DNA of 63,692 bases, the filler included, from Octopus bimaculoides (lineage: Eukaryota): assembly GCF_001194135.2 (NCBI RefSeq). It is 6 parts of 4 records of this genome, joined end to end, with 100 filler letters (N's around TTAATTAATTAA, not from the genome) between each part and the next. Parts side by side here need not be neighbours in the genome. Positions count along the whole stretch, not along the records: positions 22,340 to 28,273 come from NC_068981.1; positions 28,374 to 39,961 come from NC_069001.1; 4 more parts are not named here. The stretch is one strand, 5' to 3'. The notes beneath the pieces were generated by a model. That model had not been told where the DNA came from, did no database searches, and saw nothing but the letters and a program-made list of their open reading frames with translations. Both the position numbers and the translations under genes were made by a program. This document shows, piece by piece, positions 25,106 to 38,402 of the stretch. How positions within the stretch are numbered: position 1 is the stretch's first letter; every line of letters starts with the position of its first letter.

Positions 25106-25677
25106 ATAAATGTTTATCTATGAAGGTTCGAAGCTTATTGGTTAGGGATGATGCACTCACGTTTGCAAGATGCTGGTGATGCACTGTGTTCTTTAGCAAA
25201 ACACTTCATTTCACATTGCTCCACTCCACTCAGTTGCAGATGAGAAGCGTTATAACCTCGGTCACTTATCCCATCATGGGTACAGGGTAACCGGCCCCAT
25301 GAGCGCTACGACTCGGACAATACTTATATATTTCTACAACATATTTTACTTAAGTTATTTGTTTTTTTTTGTATTTGATTTGACAAACAACCGATTCATT
25401 GTTTAACCAGCAGCGTTAAGGAAACGATCTATTAGTCCGTTTATTAGATATGTAACCAATATAGAAGTGATATTGAACCTGTGCGTGTGTTTATTATTAT
25501 TGGCGTGATGACCCACACCCCGAGACAAAACAAGACAAAGTTAATTTTCTTTTAAACATTTTAAAAACAATTTGAAGAAAATTATGCAGAAATATTAGAA
25601 ATATCACCATAGCAGTATTAGTAATTCTACTATTACAGCTACAGCTTTTGTTGTTGTTGTTGCTGCTGCTGCTGCTG

Positions 25678-25728
<51 letters not shown>

Positions 25729-25754
25729 GTTGATGTTACTATTATTAAATAAAT

Positions 25755-26115
25755 AAGGCGAAGGTGGCGAGCTGGCAGAATCGTTAGCACGCCGGACGAA
25801 ATGTATTTCGTCTGTCGTTACGTTCTGAGTTCAAATTCCGCCGAGATCGACTTTGCCTTTCATCCCTTTCGGGGTCAATAAATTAAGTACCAGTGAAACA
25901 CTGGGGTCGATGTAATCGACTAGTCTCCTCCTCCAAATTTCAGGCCCTGTGCCCAGACTAGAAAGGATTATTAAATCAGGCGGCGAGCTGGAATAATCGT
26001 TAGCAGGTTGTGCAAAAACGCTTAACGGTATTTCGTCTATCTTTTAGGTTCTGAGTTCAAATTCTGCCAAGGTTGATTTAGCCTTCCTTCCTTTCGGAGT
26101 CGATGAAATAAACGT
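25755..26115 (+). mobile_element. Two tandem copies of a second tRNA SINE family (ggcgagctggcagaa.., central cctttcatcctttcggggtcgataaa block)
   Basis: A full copy at 25755-25973 ends in gaaaggattatta and is followed at once by a truncated copy at 25978-26115. The B-box-like motif is GAGTTCAAATTC. Confidence 0.8.
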
Positions 26116-26179
26116 GCAACTCCCCACCCCTGCGCACATTCGCACACAGACACATACTTCCCAAACATTCCCACATATA

Positions 26180-26216
<37 letters not shown>

Positions 26217-26339
26217 GATCTGACTATTATTAATTAGCATTATTGCAGTTGTACTTTTTACTACTTAATTAGTTTCAGTTCGCGAGCTGCGGCCATGCTG
26301 GAGAACCACTGTTAGCTTTGCTATACTTTCACTACTTGA

Positions 26340-26575
26340 AACCTTCTCTGATATGTGGCATTTGGGGGTGGAGGAGTTTGATGATGCAGCCCTCATCTGT
26401 GCTTTCTCCGGTAAGGTGGGTTCATCCAGAACTCTTGATGCGAGGAGAACCAGTTTTGTTTTGAAGATGCCTGCGTCCACTACATGTAGGTCTCTTAGGC
26501 CTTTAGGGAAAATATTCAAGAGCTGTGGGTACTTGAAACCGTATCCTGGATCCTGATCTATGCAGAGATCTTTGG
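26340..26575 (-). mobile_element. Non-LTR retrotransposon (CR1/L2-like) ORF2 extreme 3' end
   Basis: Translation PQLLNIFPKGLRDLHVVDAGIFKTKLVLLASRVLDEPTLPEKAQMRAASSNS fits the ..LFN.LP..LR.....FK..LD..L....DEP......RAA.SNS terminal motif of invertebrate LINEs. Confidence 0.65.
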
Positions 26576-26813
26576 CACTATACAACAGCTTTAATTTTTA
26601 AATATTTTTCTTGCTTGCTTGTTTTTTTTTTGTTTCTTGTGTCAATTTTGAAAACATTTTAATCAAAATATTATTAAACGCGCGTAGAAAGGCGGCAGCA
26701 AAGATGGCGATTCGCAGCTTATCTCAGCTCTTTCTGTTTATATCATACACGTATTTGCATGTGTATGTCACTATGGACATATGCATATGTACGGATGTAT
26801 TGTCATGTTTTTA

Positions 26814-26848
<35 letters not shown>

Positions 26849-26998
26849 ATATATATTTATAAGTATAGGTACATATATACATATGCATATATAATTATAT
26901 ATATAAACATATATAAACACACACACACATACACATATATATGTATATGCACACATACACATATATATATACATATGTATATATCTATATCTATATCT

Positions 26999-27029
<31 letters not shown>

Positions 27030-28373
27030 TACACACATATATATGTATATGTATTTGTATATATATATGTATATATATANNNNNNNNNNNNNNNNNNNNN
27101 NNNNNNNNNNNNNNNNNNNNNNNNNNNNNNNNNNNNNNNNNNNNNNNNNNNNNNNNNNNNNNNNNNNNNNNNNNNNNNNNNNNNNNNNNNNNNNNNNNNN
27201 NNNNNNNNNNNNNNNNNNNNNNNNNNNNNNNNNNNNNNNNNNNNNNNNNNNNNNNNNNNNNNNNNNNNNNNNNNNNNNNNNNNNNNNNNNNNNNNNNNNN
27301 NNNNNNNNNNNNNNNNNNNNNNNNNNNNNNNNNNNNNNNNNNNNNNNNNNNNNNNNNNNNNNNNNNNNNNNNNNNNNNNNNNNNNNNNNNNNNNNNNNNN
27401 NNNNNNNNNNNNNNNNNNNNNNNNNNNNNNNNNNNNNNNNNNNNNNNNNNNNNNNNNNNNNNNNNNNNNNNNNNNNNNNNNNNNNNNNNNNNNNNNNNNN
27501 NNNNNNNNNNNNNNNNNNNNNNNNNNNNNNNNNNNNNNNNNNNNNNNNNNNNNNNNNNNNNNNNNNNNNNNNNNNNNNNNNNNNNNNNNNNNNNNNNNNN
27601 NNNNNNNNNNNNNNNNNNNNNNTGTGTGTGTGTGTGGGTGATTATGTGTCTGCGTGCGAATGTGTGCGGGGGGGGGGGAGTTGCACGCTTATATTTACAC
27701 AATCCAAAAACTGTTTACGTTACGTTCACTTATGCCTCATAGCTAGCGGTTCGACCAAAGGTTACCGATATTTATCGGATCTATTTGTAAAGTATTACTT
27801 TCATGTGTGTATGTGTGTGTCTGTCATCATTTGTCTATGCGTGGATGTGCGTGTATGTGGTTGTGTATCCCTAGTTTAAGAAATACCAACAAAACTAATT
27901 TGTGATAAGCGACACCCTTAACAACAACAGCAACAACAAGTAACATAAGAACAACATTTATCTGCAACGACAACAACATGAACAATAGTTGGAACAATAT
28001 CTGAAGGAACACGATAACACAAACAGTAACAAGTGCAACATCTGCTACAACAACGATAATAATAATAATAATAATAACAACAACGACGACAACAACAGCA
28101 ACAACAACAGCAACTGTGCTAAGAACAATCTGAAACAAAAACAAATACAGCAAAAATTGCTGCAGTAAGAACAAGAACAACAGCGACACGTCTATGTATA
28201 TTCCTCACCGCAACACACGACGACGCCGTAGACTACCACCGCCACCACCACCATCACCAACATCACCACCACCNNNNNNNNNNNNNNNNNNNNNNNNNNN
28301 NNNNNNNNNNNNNNNNNTTAATTAATTAANNNNNNNNNNNNNNNNNNNNNNNNNNNNNNNNNNNNNNNNNNNN

Positions 28374-28444
<71 letters not shown>

Positions 28445-29189
28445 GCTTAGCACCAGTGACGTCGCAACCCATTTCTACGGTTATGTGAACTGGAGTAACG
28501 GGAAATAGTGTTTCGCTGAAGAACACAACACACAGGCCGATCCAGGAATCGAACTCACTACAATGTGGGTGTGAGCCCGACGTATGTGTGTCTTTGAGCT
28601 TGTGTTTCGTACCTCATACTCAGCGTTTGAAAACTGGTGTTGGTTTGTTTACCTCCCCGTCACTTATTGGTTCATCGAAAGAGGCTGTTAGAATAAGAGC
28701 CAGACTTAAAAATTAAGTACTTGAGGAGATTTGTTCGACTAAACCTTTCATGACGGGGACCCAACTTGGCTCTAGTCCACTGACTCGAAACAAATATGAA
28801 CTAGAAGATAAACCTTCCTAAAGTTACTCCGTCTCTACCGTTTTGAGAAAAGACTAGATTATGCGAAGATAGTCATTGATATGCAAGAACAAAATACAAG
28901 ACGCAATGGGTAAGATTGGAAACATTTGATCATGTCTGATCTATCATAGCTGACCTGAGACTAGTATGTAACAATGAGGATGATATGTGTACATATACGT
29001 ATTATATATGTATCCAAAATAAAACTCCCCTTGTATCACATACCCTACGTTAAAACTCACACCGTTTCTTCTGCCTAAAAGTATAGAACAAAATAGCCTA
29101 CTAGAGCTACTTTGTAGATATGAAAAAGAAAGTGTAAAATATTCGAAGGAGAGCAAAAATCTTTCACTGACAGACAATTGATAAATGGT

Positions 29190-29800
29190 AAAAAAAAAAA
29201 TGGTGTCTAATCTATCAAAAGTGGTCAATGACTCAAAGAAACAATGTATTTTCTCTGGTGAGTCATCATTCACCCTTTTATTTTTCCGCTCCGAAGAGTT
29301 TGTGTCGGGAAACAATCCAAAGAAGCCTTCAGCCCAGATTGTTTATCCCTTACAGTGAAGCATGGAGTAGCTCTATGACGATTTGGACAATGATGCCTTG
29401 GAATCCTCTTAATCCTTTAGTTAACTCCTACGATTATCTGAGTAATTTGGCTGATCGTGTCTATGCTTTAGTACAAATATTGTTCCCTGATTATAACGCA
29501 ATATTCTAGAACGATAATGTGCCTATTCACACAGCTTATGCTATTTAAAATTGGTATGAAGAGCAAAAACATGAAGTAGGACCGCTTGAATTGTCACCCC
29601 AATTACCAGATCTCAATATGATCGAAAGTTTATGGCGTATTTCGGAGTAACAAGCGAAGAACTGCTTCCCTCCGCCATAGTTACTGAAAGAGCTGAAGAA
29701 TGGCTCATAATTCACCCAGCAACTGCTCAGAGCCTGTACGAGTCAATTCCTCGATGTATTAAAGCAGTGATTGAAGGTGGGCCAACCCCATATTAACTAA
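29190..29800 (+). pseudogene. Tc1-like transposase pseudogene with DD36E spacing
   Basis: FSGESSF..TVKHG..F*NDNVPIHTA..LPDLNMIESLW..SIPRCIKAVI..GGPTPY*. I count 36 residues between the second D and the E. Confidence 0.8.
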
Positions 29801-29834
29801 TGGTTTCAAAATTTGGCTCGAGGTCAGTAATCTT

Positions 29835-30010
29835 AGGAGATGGGGGCAGGTTATTCATATCCACCCCAGGACTGGATTGGCTCTTATTTTATCGGCCTCG
29901 AAAGGATGAAAGCTAAGTCGACCTCGAATTTGAACTCAGAATGTAAAGACAGACGAAAGCCGCTAAGTATTTTACCCGGCGCGCAACCGATTCTGTCTAC
30001 TCGCTGCCTT
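29835..30010 (-). mobile_element. SINE of the 25755 family
   Basis: Reverse-complement homology (gaatttgaactcagaa, ttttatcggcctcgaaaggatgaaag). Confidence 0.75.
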
Positions 30011-30090
30011 AAGCTACATATTAAATAATAAGATTTCCATTTAAGAAGGTGTCTCCATTATGCATGTTTGTATGCATGTGNNNNNNNNNN

Positions 30091-30136
<46 letters not shown>

Positions 30137-30499
30137 AGCATACATACACACACAAAATATACATATTTAAATCAGTCTTAAATCATAGTCTTATAATGAT
30201 TACCAGAGTAGGTAGCAGTCAATAATGATGCGACGCTGTAGCTTCAACTAGTTTGCCCGATCTCCTAGAAAAGGTAACCAAATTTCACCTTTAAATAAAA
30301 AAAAAAGGTTAGTTTCCTATCACTGTATTCTGTACGACACACAGTCGTACAGTGAGTTTTGAGGGAAAGACAGAAAATACCAGTTTATTCTTTAAATACA
30401 ATCACACCGATGCATTTGCAATCCTTTCGTGGCAAAGTGTGCTGCCTGCGCAGATGATAAAGATGGAAATTGTTATATACAGTGCTCAGGTGCACTACA

Positions 30500-30715
30500 A
30501 CTAAAAACAAAGAAAAACAGGCCATCAGGTGTAATGTTGACGGATTTCAGGAAGCATGGAAGTTTTGAAGGATGTTGAGTCTCGACAGCTGATGCTGGTA
30601 GTTTATTCCAAGCTTCAGCAATTCTGAGCGTGAAAAAATGTTTCCGGGAGTCATGGGCGCTGTGTTGTTTTTTTGATTTTATAAGCATGGCCGCGAATGT
30701 TTGTCATTTGGATCT
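30500..30715 (-). mobile_element. CR1-clade LINE ORF2 3' end
   Basis: IKSKKQHSAHDSRKHFFTLRIAEAWNKLPASAV matches the CR1 C-terminal RK.FF..R....WN.LP..VV motif, preceded by cgcggccat (RGH). Confidence 0.75.
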
Positions 30716-30937
30716 CTGCTTTCAAACAATTTTAATACTACGCATACACTATACATTATAAAGATAGCTTACGCAAATAAAAAGAATGCTCTAGACTAAA
30801 ACGCATGCATTGAGTAACATGCACAAGATACAAAATGAGAAATAAACTTGTAAGATTTACCGAGCAGAAAAGTAAAACCAGGGATTGGAGAAAGTCTTTT
30901 CACTCGGGCAAGTCAGAGATTATAAGGATATTATCAT

Positions 30938-31240
30938 TAAGGCGGTGAGCTGGCTGAATTGTTAGAACACCGGACAAAATGCTTAGCGGCATTTCGTCCG
31001 TCTTTATATCCTGAATTATTATTAATTCGGCGAGCTGGTTGAATTGGTAGAACACCGGATAAACTGCCATTTCGTCCGTCTTTACGCTCTGAATTCAAAT
31101 TCGGCCGAGGTCGGCTTTACCTTTCATCCATTCGGGGTCGATGAAATAAGTACCGGTTGTGCATTGTGGCTTGATAAGATTGATTAACTACCCTCCCCTA
31201 AACTATTTCGGCCGTATGTCCATAGTAGAAAAGATTATTA
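30938..31240 (+). mobile_element. Tandem partial plus full SINE of the 25755 family
   Basis: aaggcggtgagctggctgaa (30938) then cggcgagctggttgaa (31028), ending in gaaaagattatta. Confidence 0.75.
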
Positions 31241-31764
31241 CTAAGACTATAAAAAATAGAATTTAAAGAAATCCGGCTGCTATTTCGAGCAGGTCGAATG
31301 ATCATTTAGAATAACACGTAAGCTACGAAGCTGCTCTGAACTGGTGAGGGAGGAGGTTACATATCTGATGTTTGTAAAGCTGTTATTCATTCATTAATTT
31401 TATAAAGCAAAATCGGGAAGAATGTCACGAAAGAGAGTGGGGTAAAGGACGGAAATGGGGAGTCAGAGCAGGAGGTAGGGTGAGGTTAAAATATATATAT
31501 AAGTGGAGCTACAACTGACTGAATCAACTTGCAAATGACATTCCGTCACAGACAGTTGTGTACATAGTCTGAAAAAAACCACACAGGTTTGGCCTGTTTA
31601 GTTAGATGAGTGTATAGAAGGAAGTCTGTATATAAGTTCACATGCTGTGGAACAAGTTCGTATGCGCCCGTTTGCTGGGCGGAGAGGGGAAGATGGAGAG
31701 AAGAAAAGAAGATATTCTGACGTTTCGGAAACTGACTTTTCTTCTGTGAGCGAAAAGACCTGGT

Positions 31765-32215
31765 TTTCTCTCTACCTTTCTCTCTCCTCCCTTTTCTCCT
31801 CTCATTTCGCCCATCTCTCCTAATCTCTCCTATATCTCTCATCTCTCATTTCTCCCATCAAGCTCATCCCTCCCTCTCTCTCTCTCTCCCTCTCTTTCTT
31901 AAACTCTCTCTATCTCTCTGTTTATCTATCTTTTTATTTCTCATCTCTCTCTCTCTCTGTTTATCTATCTTTTTATTTCTCATCCCTCTCTCTATATTTT
32001 CATTTCTCCCATCTCTCCAATCTCTCTTATATCCCTCATCTCTCTCTTTTCCCCCATTTCTCTCATCCCTCTCTTTCTCTCATTCTCTCTGTTTCTTTCT
32101 CTCTCCTCTCTCCCTCTCTTTCTTTATCGCCCCCCTCTCTCTCTCTTACTTTCTCTCCCTCCTCTCTCTCTCTCTCTCGCTTACTTTCTCTCCCTCCTCT
32201 CTCTCACACACACAC
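31765..32215. repeat. Polypyrimidine (CT-rich) low-complexity tract
   Basis: Direct reading of the sequence. Confidence 0.9.
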
Positions 32216-33184
32216 TGGAACAAGTAGTCAGTCCGGAACTGTTTAAGTATTCTCTTCCCCATGACATGCAAACTTATCCAAACTCTGCACTTAATATACG
32301 ACCACTTTACTTGGGCACTTGTCGAAGTTGCTGGTGTTGTTATTTACCCCAATCCTGATCAGCCCTTTTCAAACTGAGAACCTTTCCATTGTATCGCGTC
32401 TTTTCATTGAGACACAGTAAACTTAAGACAACAGAATTTATATTCAAATATGCTGGACGATCGACCAACTTTTACTATAGCCAAGCTACAGAGCGCCGGT
32501 AATCGCAGCATGTTAGTGTGTAAACTTTACCACACAACCATCAGTAATCTTCGTTAGGATGGTTATGTATGTGGAACGGAGTCACCAGAAGTACCGAACC
32601 ATATACATGTTGAACAGTACCCCCAACAAGGACGATACCAGAAACCTGATAGAATGCCAGCAACTAATTAAGGTTTAAATATTAATAATTCTTCGCCCTA
32701 GAGAGGAAACCTCCTTTGTTAACAATTAGACGCTGAAGAACCAAGTATCCTAGCAAATGCTGTTGTTATTGATGTGGCTGTTATTGAACGGAATTAGCAG
32801 AATTTGAAAGCGATGCTTTCTTGTGGCTTTTAGACATTCGAGGACGATAAAGTAAAGTGCTTGTCATGTACTGAACTTGGTTTAATTACATAAACTTTTT
32901 CCTTAAAATCAGGGCTTTATTCTTAAATTTTTTTTACATTTGCTTTAGTTACTCAAGTGTGACCATTGCTTTTTAGACAAGTTTAGTCTATTACATCGAA
33001 TCCAGTACTTATTTTAAGCGTAGTACTTATATTATCATTGATCTGAACCACTATAATAAAAGAGATACAAACAAACTAGCACCGGTTGTCAACCTGTCGG
33101 GGACAGCACAAACACACACACACACACACTTAATGCGCACATTCTTTCTTCTTTAATCACAAGACCTGAAATTTGGTGGAAGAG

Positions 33185-33352
33185 GAGCAATGGATAAAGC
33201 CGCTAGTTACTACAGTGCAGACACCTAGAGATTCCGAGTTCAATCGAAGAGAAGGCAATAAGGTGAATCAAAAGATACACCTGAAGAAGGCTGGAGGGTA
33301 CAATAGCCGAAGTGTAGTGAATGCAACAACCAAGATGAAAACATCAGTCCTA
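33185..33352 (+). mobile_element. Diverged tRNA-head plus hammerhead module, related to 12511-12770
   Basis: gcaatggataaagccgc..gagattccgagttcaatc, then ACAC-CTGAAGA-A-GGCTG-GAGGGTACAA-TAGCC-GAA-gtgtagtg..caacaaccaagatga. Confidence 0.6.
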
Positions 33353-34260
33353 CTAAAACATAGTTATTGTTGTTGTTGTTGTTGTTTTGCCTCAAGTCAA
33401 CCTTGTTCAAGCTGAGCTATAATCAAAGGTGTTCAAAGCTTGATTCTCTCATTTCCAGACACAATTTATCACAGAGTATATTATCCAGGATGTGTGTGAC
33501 TTGACGCAGATTTGGCTGTTCTTTCTAAAAAAATTCAACAACCTATAACCGTTCTCCTCTTCCATACTAAATATTTGTTAAATACGATTTTTAAGTCCTG
33601 AGTGAACTCTCAATGCAACAGACGTGTGTCAAAACAAGTTGAACCTCTTAAATCCGACATTCTATGGTCCGGTAACTCCTTTTTTTTTTTGATTTAGACT
33701 TTCTATTACACAAAACTACAAAGAGCCTTGTTTGGAAGCATTATTAGTTGTATTACTCCATAAGGCATCAATACATTTGTGCGTGTGCGTGTGCGTGTGA
33801 GTGTATGTGCGCGCGCGAAATGAACCGGCAATACCATGTTTATATAGAGGCTTTTCTCTTGGGGTTAGATTTCTGAGTTTAAGAGATTCAACCTGTATAT
33901 GACATATATAAACTGCTCTATCGTTATCATAGTAGCATTTATGCTTCTTTTTTTTTTTTTTTCATGTTCATCTAATAAACTGGTTCCGTGTAATTTGTCG
34001 GTTCCAAGCACAAGCTTTATATAATTGTTTCAATTGGAAATGTGTAAAAGTTTAGACAGAGTAGGTGGGAAGAGCGAGAGATAGAATATATGAAAGGGAT
34101 AACAACGTTATAGAAATGGACCGCAACTGACCAAAAGTGACAAAATAAGGAAACGAGAAAGGTGGGTGATATTTTGGAAGGTTGACATAAAATGAAGAGA
34201 GCGACAACGTGAGCTCAGAAGCAAAAAAAAAAAGAAATATTGCTAAATATTCGTACTTAC

Positions 34261-34721
34261 TGGCCATTTAAGGTCTCCATTTCCTCTTCTAAATTTGCAA
34301 TACGGGCTTTCAGATTTGCATTTTCATCGGTGGTTGTTAGCAGTTGTTTCTTGAGTTCGTCGATCTCAACCTGGTACATAGCCTTCATCGGCTCAATGTT
34401 AAAGTCGCGTTTTTGTTTTTTCAATGCATCTTTTAACGCCTTATTTTCAGTTTCAAGGAAACGAACCTTTTCGATGTAGTTGGCGAACCTTTCGTTCAAA
34501 TCTTGCATCTCCTTTTTCTCCTTCTCCCTAGTGCATTTGATATCAGTGGCCCCTCTTTGAGAAAGCGAACTAACGACGCCGTCTTTGAAATGTAAGGGTC
34601 CGCCATACCCAAGTTGTCCTCCGGAACTTATTGTCCTAGATTTGCGAATTATTTTGGTAGATACAGCCGGATAGGAACTCCCTATCGATTTTCTGTAGGA
34701 TGATTTTACACTATGACTCAT
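34261..34721 (-). CDS. Cytoplasmic intermediate filament protein (invertebrate neurofilament/IF-like), coding exon 1: head, coil 1A, start of coil 1B
   Basis: The translation contains the IF helix-initiation motif REKEKKEMQDLNERFANYIEKVRFLE followed by heptads. The start context is AAAAATG. The exon ends AATGGCCA|GTAAGT (strong donor, phase 2; 461 nt). The roughly 65-aa S/G/Y-rich head has no lamin-type SP CDK site, which favours a cytoplasmic IF over a lamin. Confidence 0.93.
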
Positions 34722-34898
34722 TTTTGCTGTTTGTTGTTGTTCCTGTTATTAATGTTGCTGTTGTTTGAATAAACCCAGTGTAAGAAGTTCCCGGGTAAAC
34801 TGCAATACCAACCGTACAGTCGATAGCAATCCAAACTGGAGTTTATCCTAAAAGCTGGAATGGAATGAAAAAGTCAACGACGTGTCTGATGCTGCCAG

Positions 34899-34940
34899 CA
34901 ACTGCGGGAATCGCATCGTTGCTGGTCTCTCTTATATATA
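34899..34940 (-). promoter_or_regulatory. Candidate core promoter of the IF gene: TATA box and Inr-like element
   Basis: Minus-strand TATATAAG (34938-34931) matches TATAWAAR. Inr-like GCAGTTG has its A at 34903, 35 nt from the first T, slightly longer than canonical spacing. This implies an approximately 180-nt 5' UTR. Confidence 0.5.
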
Positions 34941-36232
34941 TCCATCCCTCTCTCACCCTCACCCTCTTTCTCGAAATACATATATGCATACATCTATCCT
35001 TTACCTATATACATTTACACACACACACTCACACCATACCGCACCACACACAAACTGTGTGTGTTAGTGTGCGTGCGTGTCTGTGCCTGTGTGTACATGT
35101 AGAATTGTTGGAGTGAGAGTGGTCAAAAGAGAAAGATAAAGACCAAGAAAGAAAGAACGAGGTCGCAACAGAGAGAGGATTAGGCGAAGGCAAGAGGAGA
35201 GAAAGAAATATAGAGACGGCGTGGGAGGAAGGGAGAGAGGAAAGGACAAAGAGAATGAGCAAAGGAAAGCATGAGGGAAGATGAAGAAGTAGAAGAAAAA
35301 GAGGTTGAATGTTGATGAGTATTAGTGCATGTGTATGTGTATGTGTGTGTGTGTGAAGGGAAAGCGACATGGCATGAAAGACGGGACAATATGTGAGAAT
35401 TTTCAAAAAAAACAAAATCACTTTGAGAAAAAAAGAAACATACATAGAGAAGTGAACTATAAATTTTCGACCATTCCTCCCACTTTTCTATTAATCTTCC
35501 CTCCCACCCTCTCTCTCACTCTCTCTCTCTCTCGCTTGCTTTGTATGTATATATATATATATTTATATGTATGTATGTATGTATGCTCACGCATACGCAT
35601 ACACCTACATATATGTTTGTGAGTATGTGTATGTGAGTGTGTGAGTGTGTGTGTTTGTGCGTGTGACACATTTTACAAGGATTTTCTAAGATAAAAGACA
35701 CCTACACATACATACATACATATATATACATACATGCATGTATGCATGTATATAAGTAAGTTAATACATATATACACCCTAAGTAAATAATTACCTGAAA
35801 TTTTGTTTGTTTTCTCGAAGTCACAGCGAGAGACACGCACAACACACGCATGCACACTCACAAATATACATATACACTCATACGCACATATGCAGACACA
35901 CGTAGATAGATATATATATATATATATGCATGCATACATAAATATGCACATACACACGTACACACTTACACAGACACCCCTGTACGTAAGCACGCACTTC
36001 CACGAAAAGTTGACTGAGAGGATGACACGTATATCAAGTAAAATATCACCTCCTTACACAGATGCACACGTACACACACACACACACATACACACACACA
36101 CACACACACACATACACACACACAGGTGCACACTCATATATCTGCGTGTATGTATGTACACGTGTGTGCACGAATGTGCATGTGTGTGTGTTCGTGTGTG
36201 TGTGTGTGTAGAAGCATTTTACATAAAAGAAC

Positions 36233-36267
<35 letters not shown>

Positions 36268-36398
36268 TCATCTATACATACACACCGGGTTATATAGACA
36301 GAAAGAAACCCTTTAGAAATATATATAAAGTGATACACACTCACACACACACACACACACACATCCGAAAATTCTTGTACACTTACATAAAAACACAC

Positions 36399-36482
<84 letters not shown>

Positions 36483-37312
36483 NNNNNNNNNNNNNNNNNN
36501 NNNNNNNNNNNNNNNNNNNNNNNNNNNNNNNNNNNNNNNNNNNNNNNNNNNNNNNNNNNNNNNNNNNNNNNNNNNNNNNNNNNNNNNNNNNNNNNNNNNN
36601 NNNNNNNNNNNNNNNNNNNNNNNNNNNNNNNNNNNNNNNNNNNNNNNNNNNNNNNNNNNNNNNNNNNNNNNNNNNNNNNNNNNNNNNNNNNNNNNNNNNN
36701 NNNNNNNNNNNNNNNNNNNNNNGGGTACGCACGCATTAGAATGTATAAATGAGCAGAACACTCAGACCTACTACAATGACAATATTAATTTGTATAACGG
36801 GTTATAACGGGTCTTTCCTGAATCTTTTACCTTCATGTATACTTGTTAATTCACTCTTCTGTAACACTCACATTCGAATTAATAAATAGTTGTTAATGCT
36901 AATAATAATAATAATAATAATGATGATGATGATGATGATGATGATGATGGTTTCTTTTATTGGCCATACGAGTCCAAGACGGTTGGGGACAATACAAAGT
37001 TGAATACAAAAGAAAAGCAACAAAGACGCCGTGGAAGTATTTGCATCGAATTGAATGGGTGAGATCAACAAGAGCAATAACGATATTAATAATAAATAAA
37101 TAGCAATAATTAGTTGTAACAGCAGAAGGTAACAATATGACAATTAGGAGTGATCCCTAAAACTGTGGTGGGGAGGCAATTATATAGAGTGATTCGCGGT
37201 ACCCACAAACACAAGATCCTGGATTTCGCTGACAAATCAAAAAAAGCAATTAAATTCGTTCCCCTTCAGCTTTGGCAGCCAGCATCCAGCCGCATGATTA
37301 GTGCAGCTTCAT

Positions 37313-37537
37313 TTAAACATTTAGCATTTATACCGGCCGTATTAGGCCCGAAATTCTACCTGTTGAATGTTTAAACTGGTCAGATCTAGCCTCTTACACC
37401 TACCCTACAATGTTATTCTAATTATAAACCATCATTTTATTGAAATCTCAAAGCTGTGAAATAATGCATGATTAATTCAAAACTGTGAATAAATAAGCAT
37501 TACATTTGAAAAAGAAATATGAATGCTTATGGGTTAA
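37313..37537. mobile_element. piggyBac-type MITE with TTAA flanks
   Basis: TTAA-acatttagcatt ... aatgcttatggg-TTAA: imperfect terminal inverted repeats with TTAA on both sides. Confidence 0.55.
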
Positions 37538-38281
37538 CCACACCGATTGATTTCTCTGGTCTCAGCTAGCTATTTTTAAAAGAGCAGCATACTCCTTTCT
37601 ATCCTCCCCTTTCTCTTCAAGTGGGTTTTAAAGAAGTTAGTGAGGACTTGATCTGAGAGATTAAACACTATCTTCCGAAATTTCAATCCTGTTCAACTCA
37701 CAACTACAGACACTATAGACGCCGCGCAAAAGACAACCGGAGGAAGAAAATGACACAGTCTTCTTCCCCAAAGGCAGGCGATAAGTCGATCTTTATAGTT
37801 ATATCGGTTTTTAGGCGTCCGTGAAGCTCTTGCTAACAGCTGTTCGGCAAAAGCCTGCAAATCAGCAATGTACGGATGCTAATTAACTGCGTGCTTCTCA
37901 GGCACATCTCGAACAAATCCTCTGGCTAGCGGCTCCAACACAAACAAATCAACAGAGTGTATCCCAAATAGTCAAATATCTCTGAGGGCTTTGTTGGTTT
38001 AAAGACTTAGGGAAATTCTTCATAACTCCGATTTGAATGTTCTCATGTAAGAACTTCTCAGGCACTCAAAATCGCTCATGTTTCATCATTGTTCCTGTCT
38101 TCCTGTTACCCTCTACCGGGATGTGTGACTTGACTTTCTACCGTCAACATTGTTCCGCTGTGCAGTACAATAGCCACTTGGCAGCATGACAGATACAAAA
38201 TGCCCACCCTCCGTCGCACTTCGGTCAAGATGAGCTTCGTTAAAGAAAATAATACCCATTCACCATCATCAACGTCCAGTA

Positions 38282-38402
38282 TCCGACTACTACTACTAAT
38301 GATAGTAGTAGTAGTAGTAGTAGTACTAGTAGTAGTGGTGGTGGTGGTGGTGGTGGTGGTGGTAGTAGTAGTAGTGGTGGTGGTGGTGGTGGTGGTAGTG
38401 GG
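38282..38402. repeat. Compound (CTA)/(GTA)/(GTG)n microsatellite
   Basis: Direct reading of the sequence. Confidence 0.9.

Noticed and set aside
31711-31750. Minus-strand CAGAAGA..TTTCC-GAAAC-GTC motif as a further hammerhead
   Set aside because: The core has U4A and neither stem I nor stem II can be paired convincingly. It may be a decayed relative but is not supportable.
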